The position numbers were made by a program, and so were the translations under genes. Positions 12,964-25,248 of a stretch of DNA of 64,000 nt are shown one piece after another; positions within the stretch are counted from its first letter, which is position 1; the number at the start of each line of letters is the position of its first letter. A model generated the notes under the pieces. The model did no database searches. It worked only from the letters and a program-made list of their open reading frames with translations, and had not been told where the DNA came from. The stretch is from Vicugna vicugna (taxonomy: Eukaryota). The stretch lies in assembly GCA_013265495.1 (NCBI GenBank), contig MU057487.1, positions 186,001 to 250,000 of the forward strand, given 5' to 3'.

Positions 12964-13142
12964 TTTGTCTGTCCAATCCGGTGCACCCTTCCTATGGCCT
13001 GAAGCTCATGGGCAGGGTTCAATATGGGCTCCACCAAGAGAACATGAGTTGCTTCGATGATAGTTAATCCATTAGAACCTGTGTGCAGGGGCAGCAGCAA
13101 AATATTGATTTGGGGATCATATTTAAATGCTGAAAGGTTCTC
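12964..13142 (-). CDS. SHPRH: SHPRH exon 28: [34 protein letters not shown]...[12 protein letters not shown] (motifs V, VI)
   Basis: tttttag|GAGAAC ... ACAAA|gtaaga; 179 nt; [11 protein letters not shown]. Confidence 0.96.
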
Positions 13143-13906
13143 CTAAAAAAGAAAGGTACATTTAAATTTTAGCTAGATAGTTAAAAATAAGAGCAGTATA
13201 TTTTAGCTCATGTTAAAATACCTAATGGTATCCAGGTCATTATGAAACGTAGTAATTAAGATAATGAAATGTAAAATTACCAATTTTAGAAAGTATAAAT
13301 TTGTTGCTTGACTTAATGAAAAAAGTGTCACACAATCTCTCTTGTTCTTTATAATATATAGTGGAATCACAAGATACATGCATTTGATGTATGCAAATTA
13401 AACTATATGAGCTTAGAGGAAGAGGAGAAAGAATGTGTTAGAGTGAGTATGAGATAAGAGACATGAAGCTGCTAAGTTTTCCCTTGGTCGTTTTTTTGGT
13501 GTTTGTCTCTAAGCTGTGACCTGTCATTGTGCCAAGTGTGAGGTAAGCACAATTTGACCATATGCAGTTTTGCCTAAAGCAGTGTCTTTAGAATTTAATC
13601 CCAGGTGCATGAGGCTCCTGTCCATTCAAAAGGTATATCTTAGGCCATCTTTTCCTATACTAAAGAAAAGGACCTTAAGTCAGAAGATCTTTAAATATGG
13701 TTTGCTGTGAGTACAGCTGAGTAGGTGAAAAATAAATGCAGTTTCTTTATTTTGCCTTTAAATGTTAATTTTATAATTAATCAAGAATTCAAACCCTGTT
13801 TATGTGGTTTATATGACATGACGATAAATGCAATAAAGCTAATTAAGAGCAATTTCAATTTGCAACTGAATCCACTCAAAAAAACATGAATGAAATCTTG
13901 ACGTAC

Positions 13907-13993
13907 CTGAAATGTCTTAACACGACTGATCTGTGCAAATTCCATGTTGTTGTCAGTGAGAGCTTTTGAAATAATATCTAATACATCTTGCCA
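13907..13993 (-). CDS. SHPRH: SHPRH exon 27: WQDVLDIISKALTDNNMEFAQISRVKTFQ
   Basis: ttcttag|TGGCAA ... TTTCAG|gtacgt; 87 nt. Confidence 0.95.
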
Positions 13994-14686
13994 CTAAGAA
14001 CATACAAAAAATTAGAAAACAAACATTTACACACAGCTTTCATATAAAACAGATTTGAAAAGGGACTAAACCAAAATAACCTTTATACCTCAGAATTAAG
14101 TAAACAAAAACAAACTCTTTAAGTAAAATACCATTAATATTATCTTGTTCTAGCTTGAAAGATTTTTTTAAATCAAATGCTGGTTAAAGACATGGTAAAA
14201 AAGAAAAATAAGAATCTTTAAGAACTGAATTAAGATAAACATAAATAATAGAAAATAAATTATGGAGTGCTTAAAGGATGTGGTATTACTTATCTTTGAA
14301 AAATGAAAACTAGAAGTTTTATTCAATTATCTTTTATTCAATAGATTATTTTAATTTTCTTTTTCTTTACCAAGTTCATCTATGAAATGACTTTTAAGAT
14401 TACAGATTTCAATTTAAAAATATTAATAAGAAAATCCCTAAGTAAAGTTAATAAAAAAACATGAAATGTAGCTATAGGAATTACCTTGTGAAGCATCATC
14501 AAATTTCTCTAAAAATATTTCTGTCCTATGGACATACATTTTTCTGTGTTACGATTTTTTTTCTGTCAGTAATTCTAATTCTCAACGATATTATGGCAAA
14601 CACTAACAATTAGTTCTCAAATATAAACTGATTAGAAACAGAAAGTCAGCCTGAGTTAACACTGAGGATGAAAATGTTGACTGTAC

Positions 14687-14779
14687 CGTTGAGAAAACAA
14701 GCGCTTTAGCCCCGGGATCTCTAAGCTGGATTCTCATCAGAGTTCTGACCACAGCTTCTACTTTTGTAGAATGGCTACC
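14687..14779 (-). CDS. SHPRH: SHPRH exon 26: GSHSTKVEAVVRTLMRIQLRDPGAKALVFST (start of HELICc)
   Basis: ttcacag|GGTAGC ... TCAACG|gtacag; 93 nt; STK and LVFS motifs. Confidence 0.95.
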
Positions 14780-15414
14780 CTGTGAACACAAAGATAACAC
14801 ATTATTATCAAACAAAATCTAGTTAACAATGGACTGGAAAACAACATAAAACACTTTTATCAAAACTATATGATAGGTGCATATTTATCCTTTTTCATAT
14901 TGTATTTGCCAAAAATTTTCTTTTGCCTCAAATTGTAGAAGTTATAGATTTACACCCTGAGAGAATCAAATTTAAAAGCTCACCAGAAAGTACTATAGTG
15001 CTATGACCTGAGGATAAGATTTTTTAATTAAGTGGCTAGGTTTTGTACTTATAAAATTTTGTTACTTTAGAAAACCAGAATTTGTATTAAAAAAACACTC
15101 ACTTCAGATATTATGGCACTGAAAATATTCAGAACACAGTGAATCAAAACGCCAATGTAAGCACACAGTAAAGGGTCTAATCCACAAAGAATCCTTTCTT
15201 ACAATGGCATTATAAAGGATCAACGATGGAGGTACAAATGACGTCCACTTAGACTGAAGCAGATTTATACAAACTGAGGTAAACACTTAAAGAATGCTTT
15301 TTGCATTTTCCATAATCATTTCCATCATAAGAACATGAAAATGAGAAAAAAATGAAGAAATAAAGCAAGTGTTTTTGTAGCCTTCACTGAGAACATTTCC
15401 CTCCTGGAAAGCTC

Positions 15415-15650
15415 TGAGAGATGGTATGACATAGAAATTAAGGGGATGGATTTTGAGTGAGATTAATCTAAATTCTGCCAGTTCTGTGTCTCCTTAGTTA
15501 TACAGTCTAACTTTTCTAAGCCTTAGTTTCCTCATCTGTCAAGTAGGGGTGACAATTATATCTACTTCCAAAGGTTGTTGTGATGGTTAAATGAGAAAAC
15601 GCATACAAAACATTTAGCCCAATATCAGGCAAACAGTAGCTACTCAGAAA
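15415..15650 (+). mobile_element. MIR SINE
   Basis: ccttagtttcctcatctgtcaagtagggg...ggttgttgtgatggttaaatgag. Confidence 0.8.
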
Positions 15651-18600
15651 CTTACTGTCTTTCCGAGACATTAAATACGAGCACTACAATGACACAGGTT
15701 ATCCCACAAGGGAGGCAGATCTAACTAAAAAGAAGTGACAATATTCCCACATTACTCTTCTCCTCAAATCACCACGTCCCCCTCAAATCACCACCTCCCT
15801 TCACTATATTTTTACACGAAAAGGTACTCAAAGGTAAAAACATAAACAAAGAAGAAAGCTACACTAATTTTAAGTTAACAACATAGAATTATGGGAGAAG
15901 TTTGAAAATTCTCATACTAAAATCCTGAGTCTACACTTATTTCTCTGGACATTCAGACTTCCAATTATATTTGAAACGTTAGAAAATATAAGGGATCTAT
16001 TTCAGTCTAAAAATGATCTTAAATAAGAGAAAACAGGAAATTAGCATAAAATGGTCATTTAGGAGTTTAGACGGAAACCCATGCTTCTTGTAAGGACTCA
16101 TTTTCAAAGATACTTTCAAGTAAAATGCCAGGAAAACTATGAACCCGTCCATCAATTAAGCTGCTTCTCACAAAAATCCAAAAGAAAACAGAATAACCTT
16201 TTATAAGCAACATCCCAAGCTGGAGTGCTAACTCTGAGGGAAAAGACCAGAACATCCCCTTTTACCACAGTTTGGCCAGTTCAGTGGTAGCCCTCAATGA
16301 TCTCTTCCAAATGCTACAATTCTGAACCATTTGGTCCCAGGCCGGTTACTTCTTACTACGAAAGAAAAATAATAAGGAAATCTAGAAATCCTAAGCTCTG
16401 CTTGGCAGAAAGCTACATGGGGAGTGAGACGATCTTAATACTCTTTTCTTCCAGATGGACATGAAGTGCTACTGAGAATGAGAACAATGAAGAAAGAAGA
16501 GGGTGGCCCATGTATATCTGTGGCTCTTGGTTTGAGTATGCAGGCTATGCACAATTTTTGAAAACAAAGGCAATAAATTCATAATTTTTTATGTCAGACC
16601 AATGTGTTAAGGCAATTTCTTATTTTGGACTACTTGAAGAGATTTAAATGATTATAAATTATCACTAGAAACGTTGCTTCAAGTTACAAGATATAAAGTT
16701 GAAAATCCACTACCTGAGTCTGTTTTAATAATAATTCATAATCTGTTGTTAAATGAAAAGAAAATGTCCTAGACAATGAAGGATTACTGATCTAAAAAGT
16801 AACACAGAAAGGAGTTCTTGTACTTGATTTATACAAATAAAAGAAAAATAATGCCTATGACTAGAAAGTTATTGCTGCTTTGTATTTTTCTTTGATGATC
16901 TCTACGATAAAAGTGAAAACTGGGAACTCTGAAATGGGGCATGGCAATCCATGACTCTGAACCAAGAGCTTGTTCTTCACCAATCTAGTTCTTCTTCCTT
17001 TGGCCCTTTATTTTCTCTGTTTACCTAATCTGTCCACATTCCTCTCCAATTCCTTTGTCTTTATAGTATCTATGGATTCTCATGGTCATGCTCAGCTCCA
17101 AGGGTAGAATTAAGGGCTAAAGTGGCTGCTGTGTCCTGAAGAACATCAGTAAAAAGTCAACACAATGGAGGTGATGAATGTACTCAGTCTTGTTTTTCAT
17201 CAAACATTAGAAAGAATATTCATGTTTATAGACTACTTTATGTTAACAGGTAGACTATATCTTTAGTGATGTTATAGATACTATATACTTATATACTATC
17301 TTTAATATCTTTATAATGTTTTAATGTATTAGTACATTTCTATACAATATATATTCTATACATATGAAATACACACACGCCAACATACATGGAACATGTC
17401 AAATGATGTCTTACATTAATGGGCTTGCCAGACACTTATGACTCTAAACTGAAGGCACAATGAAGTCATTTTCAGAAGTGTAAAAACTTTGAAATTCGCC
17501 ATTCACATACTCATCATGTTAAAATCTTTTGAAACAGTATAGCACAGTGAAGAAAGAACTGTAGAATGAGGATCACATGGATAATGGTGCCAGATAAGGA
17601 TGACACAGAAATGAAGGAAGCCAGATAAAAAAATGAGAACTTCTATTATATTGGGATGTGTGAAGATTCTTCCTAGAAAAGCAAAGTTTAAATGATGGAG
17701 GATTAGGATTACATTCCTTTCTGCATTTCAATCACTCTTTTTTGGTTCTATAATAAAAAGTATTTTTATTATAATATTGTACACACCATTTACTGATTTC
17801 TTCTAGATAGGGAAGTCACATCTATAATCACATAACAAAATGTGAATGTATAAACATTATAATATAAAGATGATACTATAACAAAAATTAGAATGTAGAA
17901 GGGTAAAGAAAGAATGAAGGAGGAACAGATGCACTAATTTCCTCATATTTTAAAGTAAGGAGTCAGTAGATACTGTCTGAAGCTAGTATTTCAAGGAGCA
18001 AAATTTATGTGTATTACTGAAAGTCATGGAGGTGACCTCTATAACTAAAAATAGAAATTGTTCACAGTGGCAAGGTAAACGAGGAAGAATGAAGGAGAAC
18101 ATTACTTCCCACTGTGTGCCATTTGTTATATCCTGAATTTATTTATTTTTCTCTTTTGTGTGAATTACTTCTACTAAAAAATATTGTATTTTTTGTTAAC
18201 CCTTATTTCTTACAGATAGACAAGGGTTTTGGGGAAAGGGTGGAAGGCTTGGAATTCTGGGACCCTTTAAACTTATTACATCTGTGATACAACTGGGACT
18301 GTGTCTGTCACAAGTGAGCTGGTCTTCTGAACCAGGTCATTACCCTAATGCTGCATGCTGCTGTACCTGCAAGACCTCTTACTGCTCTAGGCGCAAATGG
18401 ATGCCTACTGTGCGCTACCTGCCGCAGGTAATGAGTTTCAGCTTTGTCAGAAATGGGACAATCACATCTGAGGCAGAGCACAGGTAGTATTTTAATCTTT
18501 CAGTTATTACCTGGATTGATTTTTTTTTACAATCTTTTAAACATACTACAAGAATCAAAGAGATTAGAGATTTCTGAAGATTCATCTAACTGAAGAACAT

Positions 18601-20044
18601 CACTTTAAAAAAAGAAGAATTTATACAACTTCAGCTCCCTTCTCCTCTCCCCCTCCAAAAAAAAAAAAAAAGAGAGAGAGAACTATGGTCTGTAACCAGT
18701 TATATGAGCAACTGGGATTATAATTTGGTGACAGGTCAGGTTTTTCTTTAGATTTCCTTGCTGGTTTGTAACTTAACAAGTAACTTCAATGCTTCCTATT
18801 GTTTAGTATAGAGGAAGTCATCTCCTGCTGGTATTTTCTGACTTTCATTACTTTTATTCTGGACTTTTCTTTTTGAAGGAAGCTAAGTCTTTCAATGTGC
18901 ATGTGCTGTCCATAGTAGTTTTAGCTAAGTAAGATCACTTAACATTGTTTTATTTCTGTCTGCACCTGTTCACCATGCTAAAAACCCATGTTGGCAGTGA
19001 CAGATACAATTTAGTGCAGCTAACACAGCTTGTACGATTGATCCGACAAAGTAGGAATACTTTTCAAGCATATGCCTGGGGCAATAGTTGGATTCTTCAC
19101 ATGTTACTTGAATAAAGTTTAATGGAAACTCCACCCAGGCAACCTATGTGGGAAATTTCACAAGTGTACCAGGCCACAGAAATATCATCCTGTTCTTTAA
19201 ATACTCTGAATAGTTATTTCAAAGAGGTAAGTTAGTAACTGCAAAAAAGTTAAACATTTTATTTGGATCCAAACATTTTATTAGGGATGTTATATATAAA
19301 TACTAATCAGTTGTTTATCTGTCCATCCATCCATCTACTGATACCTGTTACATGCTAGGCATCGTTCTAGATACCAGGGATACAGTAGTGACTGAAACAA
19401 CCCCACCTCATGAACAATGTCTTTTCCACAATTACTGGAGTTTACACTCCACAAATAAAATTTTTCATTAAAATAATTTATAGTTTATATCTTGGAAGTC
19501 TTTATTGTACGTTCAATTTACTGCAAGCTATTGCTAACTTCAACATGAGGCTCACTAACAGTTCGAGAGCTAATTTGGCTAGTGAATAGAAATCGTTTTT
19601 TGCAATTGTATTTGCTCATGACATTTTCTAACAAAAATACTTAACTGCATTCTAAATTTACCAGTTAATAGTCATGTACAAGTATTATCTTATATAAAAA
19701 TATTTAGATAAGCATATTTAAATATAACTACATACATAAAAATTACCTATTTTATGCCAACTTGAAACTCAGTCAGAATTTTGCAGTTTTATTACACCCA
19801 GATGTTTATTTTTAATTATATTTAGAAATTACAAGAGAGACTTCACATGTCACCTTTGAATCAACTGAAGAAAAACTCAAAAAAAAAAAAAAAAAGCAAA
19901 GCAAAGAAAAGAAAGGAAACAACAGGATTCTACACACAGAATTTGACACGTGGTATTACCAGGCTTCTCTGGGAGTCTGAATGTAGAAATACCATATTTT
20001 TCTTTTTTTTCCTCTACAAAAAGGTTGTATAAAACATCAGTATT

Positions 20045-20190
20045 ATCAACAGGTTTGCTTGTTGTAAATCCAGATTCGTGGGCCAAATCCAAGATCTAAT
20101 GAGTCAAATTTATAGGAATGGAGACTGAAAAAATTCTTTATTTCAACAAGAAGACCAGTTGATTATCAGACACTCAAAAGTTTGAGAAGA
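20045..20190. mobile_element. MER5A-like DNA transposon fragment
   Basis: gcttgttgtaaatccagattcgtgggcc...aaagtttgagaa. Confidence 0.55.
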
Positions 20191-22109
20191 TGAAGCACTG
20201 TGTGCATGTGTGTGGGATAAGGAGGGAGGGTGCTGTTCTGCTGTGGCTACTATATCCATGTAGTGAATTTTCTCTTAGATAGAAACTTCTTGTGACATAA
20301 GCACTTTGTCCATTACAGGGGCAGGGTTTCTAATGACAAAACTGCTTTGTATGAAATCTAGCCAAATTTAGGACACAGGGAACATGCCACGTGGGGCTAT
20401 GTTCTGCCAGGAGGCCTGCTCCACCAGCTAAAATGCCTGGCAGTTGTCAGAACTTGCAGGGGGAATTTTGTTTACTCTGTGAAATGCCCAGTAGGTTCCA
20501 AGGGTCATTTAGGAATACTGTCACACTGCAGTCAAGATAGATACAGTTTTTAACCTAAATGCATCCACTAATGAACATATTTTATTCATTTTACTTCTGT
20601 GGTCAGTCACAATGTAGGATTCCTGACATTGTGAAATACCAGCAGAAAAAAAAAGTCTTATTTATTATTTAATCCTATTTTTATGTTCTCCAAATATCTT
20701 TTATCAGAGATCAGCTATATGATTAAGCACCATGTATGATATATTGTTTGCTGTGTTGGAGAGACTTGACACGGATGCTTAGAGTAAAACACACACTTTA
20801 AATAAAAACATTAATGAAATAAAAAATTAATTCACAGGAGTGTTTAGTAATGATCAGGGATTTGATAATCAACAATAAAAAAAGAACCCTGAAATTTTGG
20901 AATAGTATGAACTAATATTTATAAAATTTCAAAATAATGTCTTCATTTTTCATATGGAGCCATCTTTTTATTCCTCAACTCTAAGACAGGTGATGTGACC
21001 ATTTAGTGGGATAGTTTCAGATGGTCAGAAAGTGCAGTGAAAGTCTGAGAAAATAATAAGCAGATGTTTCAAGGAGAAGGTGGCAGAAATGTGACAGTTA
21101 GAAAGTAGGACAGGTAGCAGAAGGCAGAGTGGCACAGAGAAATGGTGACAGAAACAAAAGTAAATGCAAGCAAGAAGCAATGTGAGAACGTGGAAAAGTG
21201 ATAAAACTTGCTTGCATAGTAAGTACAATATTCACTTATGTATTTAATGAAAGGGAAATATAAGTATATATGCATCCATGACAAAAGAGAAATTAACTTT
21301 AGTAAATTCTGTATTCTTACAGTTTTTTTACATGATCCTTCAATTAATTCATGTGTTCATCAATACTTATGAAAGACAGGAAGAGTCAGAGCATAATAAA
21401 CAGTATCTGTACACTGATATCCCTGTCCTAACAGGACAGCAAACATAACTGTCCCGATCTCTCCCCTGGGTGTCTAGGAAAGCTGCCATAAAATGAACAG
21501 GTGTTTGGGTTTGATGGGCTCAGTGACTCAGTTTCATAGAGGCTGTGCTGTTTACTGGGAGCTAGAGCAATCACTTCCTAAACCTTGCTGCATGCAGCCT
21601 GACACAGCAGTTCTTTCTTATGCTCGTTCCTTGTACTGTGACGAACGCTTCTGGCTGAGGGTCAGCAGCCCTTCTTAGGCCAAGAATGCCATCTGTGGCC
21701 CTTGGGATGCCCGAGGCCAGAAGAAAAGATGGAAGGGAAAAAAGAAAGGGCTGATAAGAAAGACTATTTTTATGGGAAGGAAAGGGAGAAAGAACTACAG
21801 AAGTAGGAAGAAAGGGGAAGAAGGGGACTGAGAAGGAAAGCAGTTCTTTGTGTGGTGAGTAGGTTAAAGGATAACCAACTCTGGATATTATACACCATCC
21901 ACCTGGACCACCTATTCAACATGCAGGCCTCGCTGCTTCAACTTCTAGCATCTCTTCTCCTCCCCCTCACTGGGGTCACCCACTTCTACAGTGACACGGG
22001 GAGTACCTAATACCTGTCCTCTCTGAAAATGACTAATGAAGATCTGTTCTCTGGTAAGGACATCTACCCTTATAGCTTGGTTGCTCCAAAGCCCAATATA
22101 ACCTGTTAG

Positions 22110-24015
22110 TTATTTGATTTCAGTGAGATCTCTACTTTCTCTCTGTACATCAACACTCTCTGTCTTTTTAAGAAACTGTATTACTGATTATACCTTCTCT
22201 CTCCTATTTCTTCAAACCATTCTTTACTGGAGATTAAACATGCTCAAGAATCTTTTATCTTGAATAGAATAAAACCAAAAAGCACAGAAGCCTTTCTGCA
22301 CTTCATCTCTCCCTCTGGTTACAACTCTCACTTTTCTACTTCAAAGCTAAATTTACAGAGTAGTTGGGCATTTCTCTCACCACTTACTCACTTCCTGTTC
22401 CCTCCTAATTCCCTCCCAATCTGCCTTTTCCCTCTACATTTCTGTTGAAAGGGCTCCTTCTGAAATCATCAATGGCCTTCACTAGCCAAATCAGTCCGTC
22501 TTGTAGCTGAGCCACCTTCAGCATCACTGCCTCCTGACTGACGCCGAGTCGGCCTGTGGCCTCTGTTGACAGGATACTCTCTGGGACTGCCTATGCCTCT
22601 CGTTGCTCGTTCTTGGTCTCTCTTTTCAGCTTCTTTCCCTTTATTCCTTTTAAAAAGCTATGGAGTGCTGTAGGACCCGATCTGAAGCTAAATTCTGTGT
22701 TTCTTTCCTTAGGTAATCTCATGTACTCTCATGGCTTCAAAGATCACTATGGCAATGACTCTGAATTTTGTATCTTTAGCTCCACATATTAACACTTTGC
22801 TGGACAGTTCTACTTGGATGTCTAAGGCACTTCAAGTCTAAATGTATCCTTCTTCCAAATAACCTTATATCAGTAACTGTACCTTTATCCGCCTGATTTT
22901 TCACATCAGAAACCAGGGGTCACCTACAAAATCTCCTTCATCAACCCCTCCAACATTCGACCCTCTTCCTCTTACTCATCAACTTTATAAACATCTCTTG
23001 AACATATTCCCTTCTTTCCTTCTCCACTACCACCAATCTAATAGAAGTCATCATCACTGTGGTAGCCTCCTAAACTGGTCTCTCCAGAACTTTTTCTACT
23101 CTAGTATTTTCTATTCCTGCTAATCTCATTTCCATACTGTAGCAAGAGGAATCTCAAAAATCCAAGATTGATCATGATACTTCTCTGCTTGTAACATGTT
23201 AATAGCTTTTTCTTTCTTTCTCTTTCTTCCTTCCTGCCTTCTTTCTTTCCTTTTTTATAAAAGGAAAAACATCTCATGTTTTCATGGATTGGAAGACTTC
23301 ATATCTATATTTTATAACTGAAGTACAGTTGATTTATTAATGCCAAACTTGTATCTTTCTTTATATGAAAAGAAAATTCTCAACTCTTCAGCTGGCCCTT
23401 CAACATCTGGCCCTTCTTCAGTTTCCAGACTCACTTCATTCCATTCTCCTTTGTGCTTTCTACACTGCCCTGCTCAGTTCCATTTGAGTTCCCTCTTGTT
23501 TCAGTACCTTTCCATGTACTGGGTTTTTTGCTTGTTTTGTTTTTTTCTGTCTTGCAGCCTCCTCCTGATGAGATCCCTTCTACCGTCTCTCCAGGTTGGC
23601 TGATCCAGGCATTCTTTACACACCTGCTTAATTGCCCTTACCTCAGAGAAGCCAGGTTTGATTTCCTTTTGTGGTGCTTACCACAATTATAATACATTAA
23701 TTATTTGTTTAATACCTGTGCTTTCTGCCTCAACTAAAACTCTGTCCCCTCACTGCCAAACTGTAAAACCCATAAGGGTTTTACAGCAATCACACCTATT
23801 TTATTAATGAGTGTATGATGACAAACTCTGTCCCCTCACTGCCAAACTGTAAAACCCATGAGGGTTTTACACAATCACAAACTGTAAAATCCATGAGGGT
23901 TTTACAGCAATCACACCTATTTTATTAATGAGTGTATGATGCATCTGTTAGGCCCAGAACACTGCAGAGTACACAGTATATGTCCCATAAAATATACAGA
24001 AAGAATGAGTGAATG
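22110..24015 (+). mobile_element. Degraded L2 fragments, with CT-rich tract at about 23205-23255
   Basis: ctctcatggcttcaa..atcactat, cttggatgtct, tagcctcctaaactggtctc, terminal gaatgagtgaatgaa. Confidence 0.6.
23737..23941. repeat. Complex local duplication (A-B-C-A-B-B-C) containing three copies of a palindrome
   Basis: Near-identical blocks read directly from the sequence; see findings. Confidence 0.9.
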
Positions 24016-25059
24016 AAAGCTCATTCCAACTTTGAGATTCTGTTTATCTCAACATACATGAGAGCACTGGTTGATATTTTCAGGTTTCACTCAAGGAACA
24101 GTGGGAATAAACAGCAGTTAGATATTCCTTAATTGAACTACAGTGTTCTCAGGAAGGCTCACTCCTGGCAGTTTCAACTTGTGCTGAATTCTACTCACAA
24201 AATACAACCCAAAAATAAGTGAGAAGAGAGCGTGAGGGACCCAGAAGGAGAAGGAATTAATGAAAAATATTCTACTACCGCTGCTGAGTAGCTCCATCAC
24301 TCTGCCAACTACTCCTTCTGGCCTACATTCCCTACTACATTCATATATTGAGTTGTCCTTTGTCTAAGGTTGGTTAGAAAAGAAAAGTTTAAATAAAACA
24401 AAGAACAAAAAGTCTAGTAAAGGCTTTTCATTAAATAAATACCCCTTAGGCAGAAAGTCCAATTACAGATCCTATCTGGATTTCAAATTATAGTCTTAAT
24501 TATAGTCTTATTAAAGTTCTCAATGAAGCAGGGGAAAAAATTAGGACAATAAAGCCAAGTTTTGGCTATACCCTGAAATATCAATCCATGCCGTCTAGAA
24601 GTGAGCTACCTCCTTCCAGTGATAGTCTTCACTGACTTCAGTAACCAATTAATTTTGTCCTTTACTTTGGTAGAGCACATCCTCTTCCCCAAATACCCAG
24701 GACTGAAAGAAGAATGAAGAAAAAGAAACCTCTAATTTAACCAGAGTTCTATCGATTTGTAGTGGACAGAAATACCATAAAAATAATAACGGACTGGAAT
24801 TCTAAGCTGTTCCTTTTTTTGCCATAGTGGGCATGACTATTGCTAACTATGTTTGAGAAAGCATTCTTGTGTTTCTCCCACAAGGAACGAGTAGATGGCA
24901 AAGCTGAGGCTTTCAGGCAGTGTATCTACAGAAAGACAACAGTGGTGATTCCTCGTTCACTGTGCCAGCCTTGTTCAGATTTTGATGCTGTCTCTGTCAG
25001 GTACTAATTCCTATTCCATTGGTCTGACTATGCTTCTACATGCTCTTAACCAACTTTAC

Positions 25060-25248
25060 CTTCACAGGGATGTCCTCTTCCTGGCTGGCTTTCTCTGAAG
25101 TGAAGACATATGAGATTTCTTTGTGAGATGTGGTCTGGCGGCAAATGGCACACTTAATTGAGCTCCTATGAGACCCCACGCTGTATTGTTCGATAATAAT
25201 TGAAATGCACTCATTACAGAAACAGTGCCCACAGGTCAGTACTGCCCA
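25060..25248 (-). CDS. SHPRH: SHPRH exon 25: WAVLTCGHCFCNEC...KCAICRQ...EEDIPVK (rest of C3HC4 RING)
   Basis: tttttag|TGGGCA ... GTGAAG|gtaaag; 189 nt; CGH..C..C...C..CR RING ligands. Confidence 0.96.

Noticed and set aside
5848..15650. MIR pair (5848-6060 and 15415-15650) as inverted repeats driving circularisation
   Set aside because: Both appear to be in the same orientation, so they cannot base-pair with each other.
15762..15794. Short tandem duplications (cctcaaatcaccac x2; also around 24488-24510 and 51568-51630)
   Set aside because: Ordinary slippage-type microduplications with no functional cue.
23737..23941. Palindromic direct repeats superficially like a CRISPR array
   Set aside because: The spacers are themselves duplicated and irregular, there are no cas genes, and the context is a mammalian intron within an L2.
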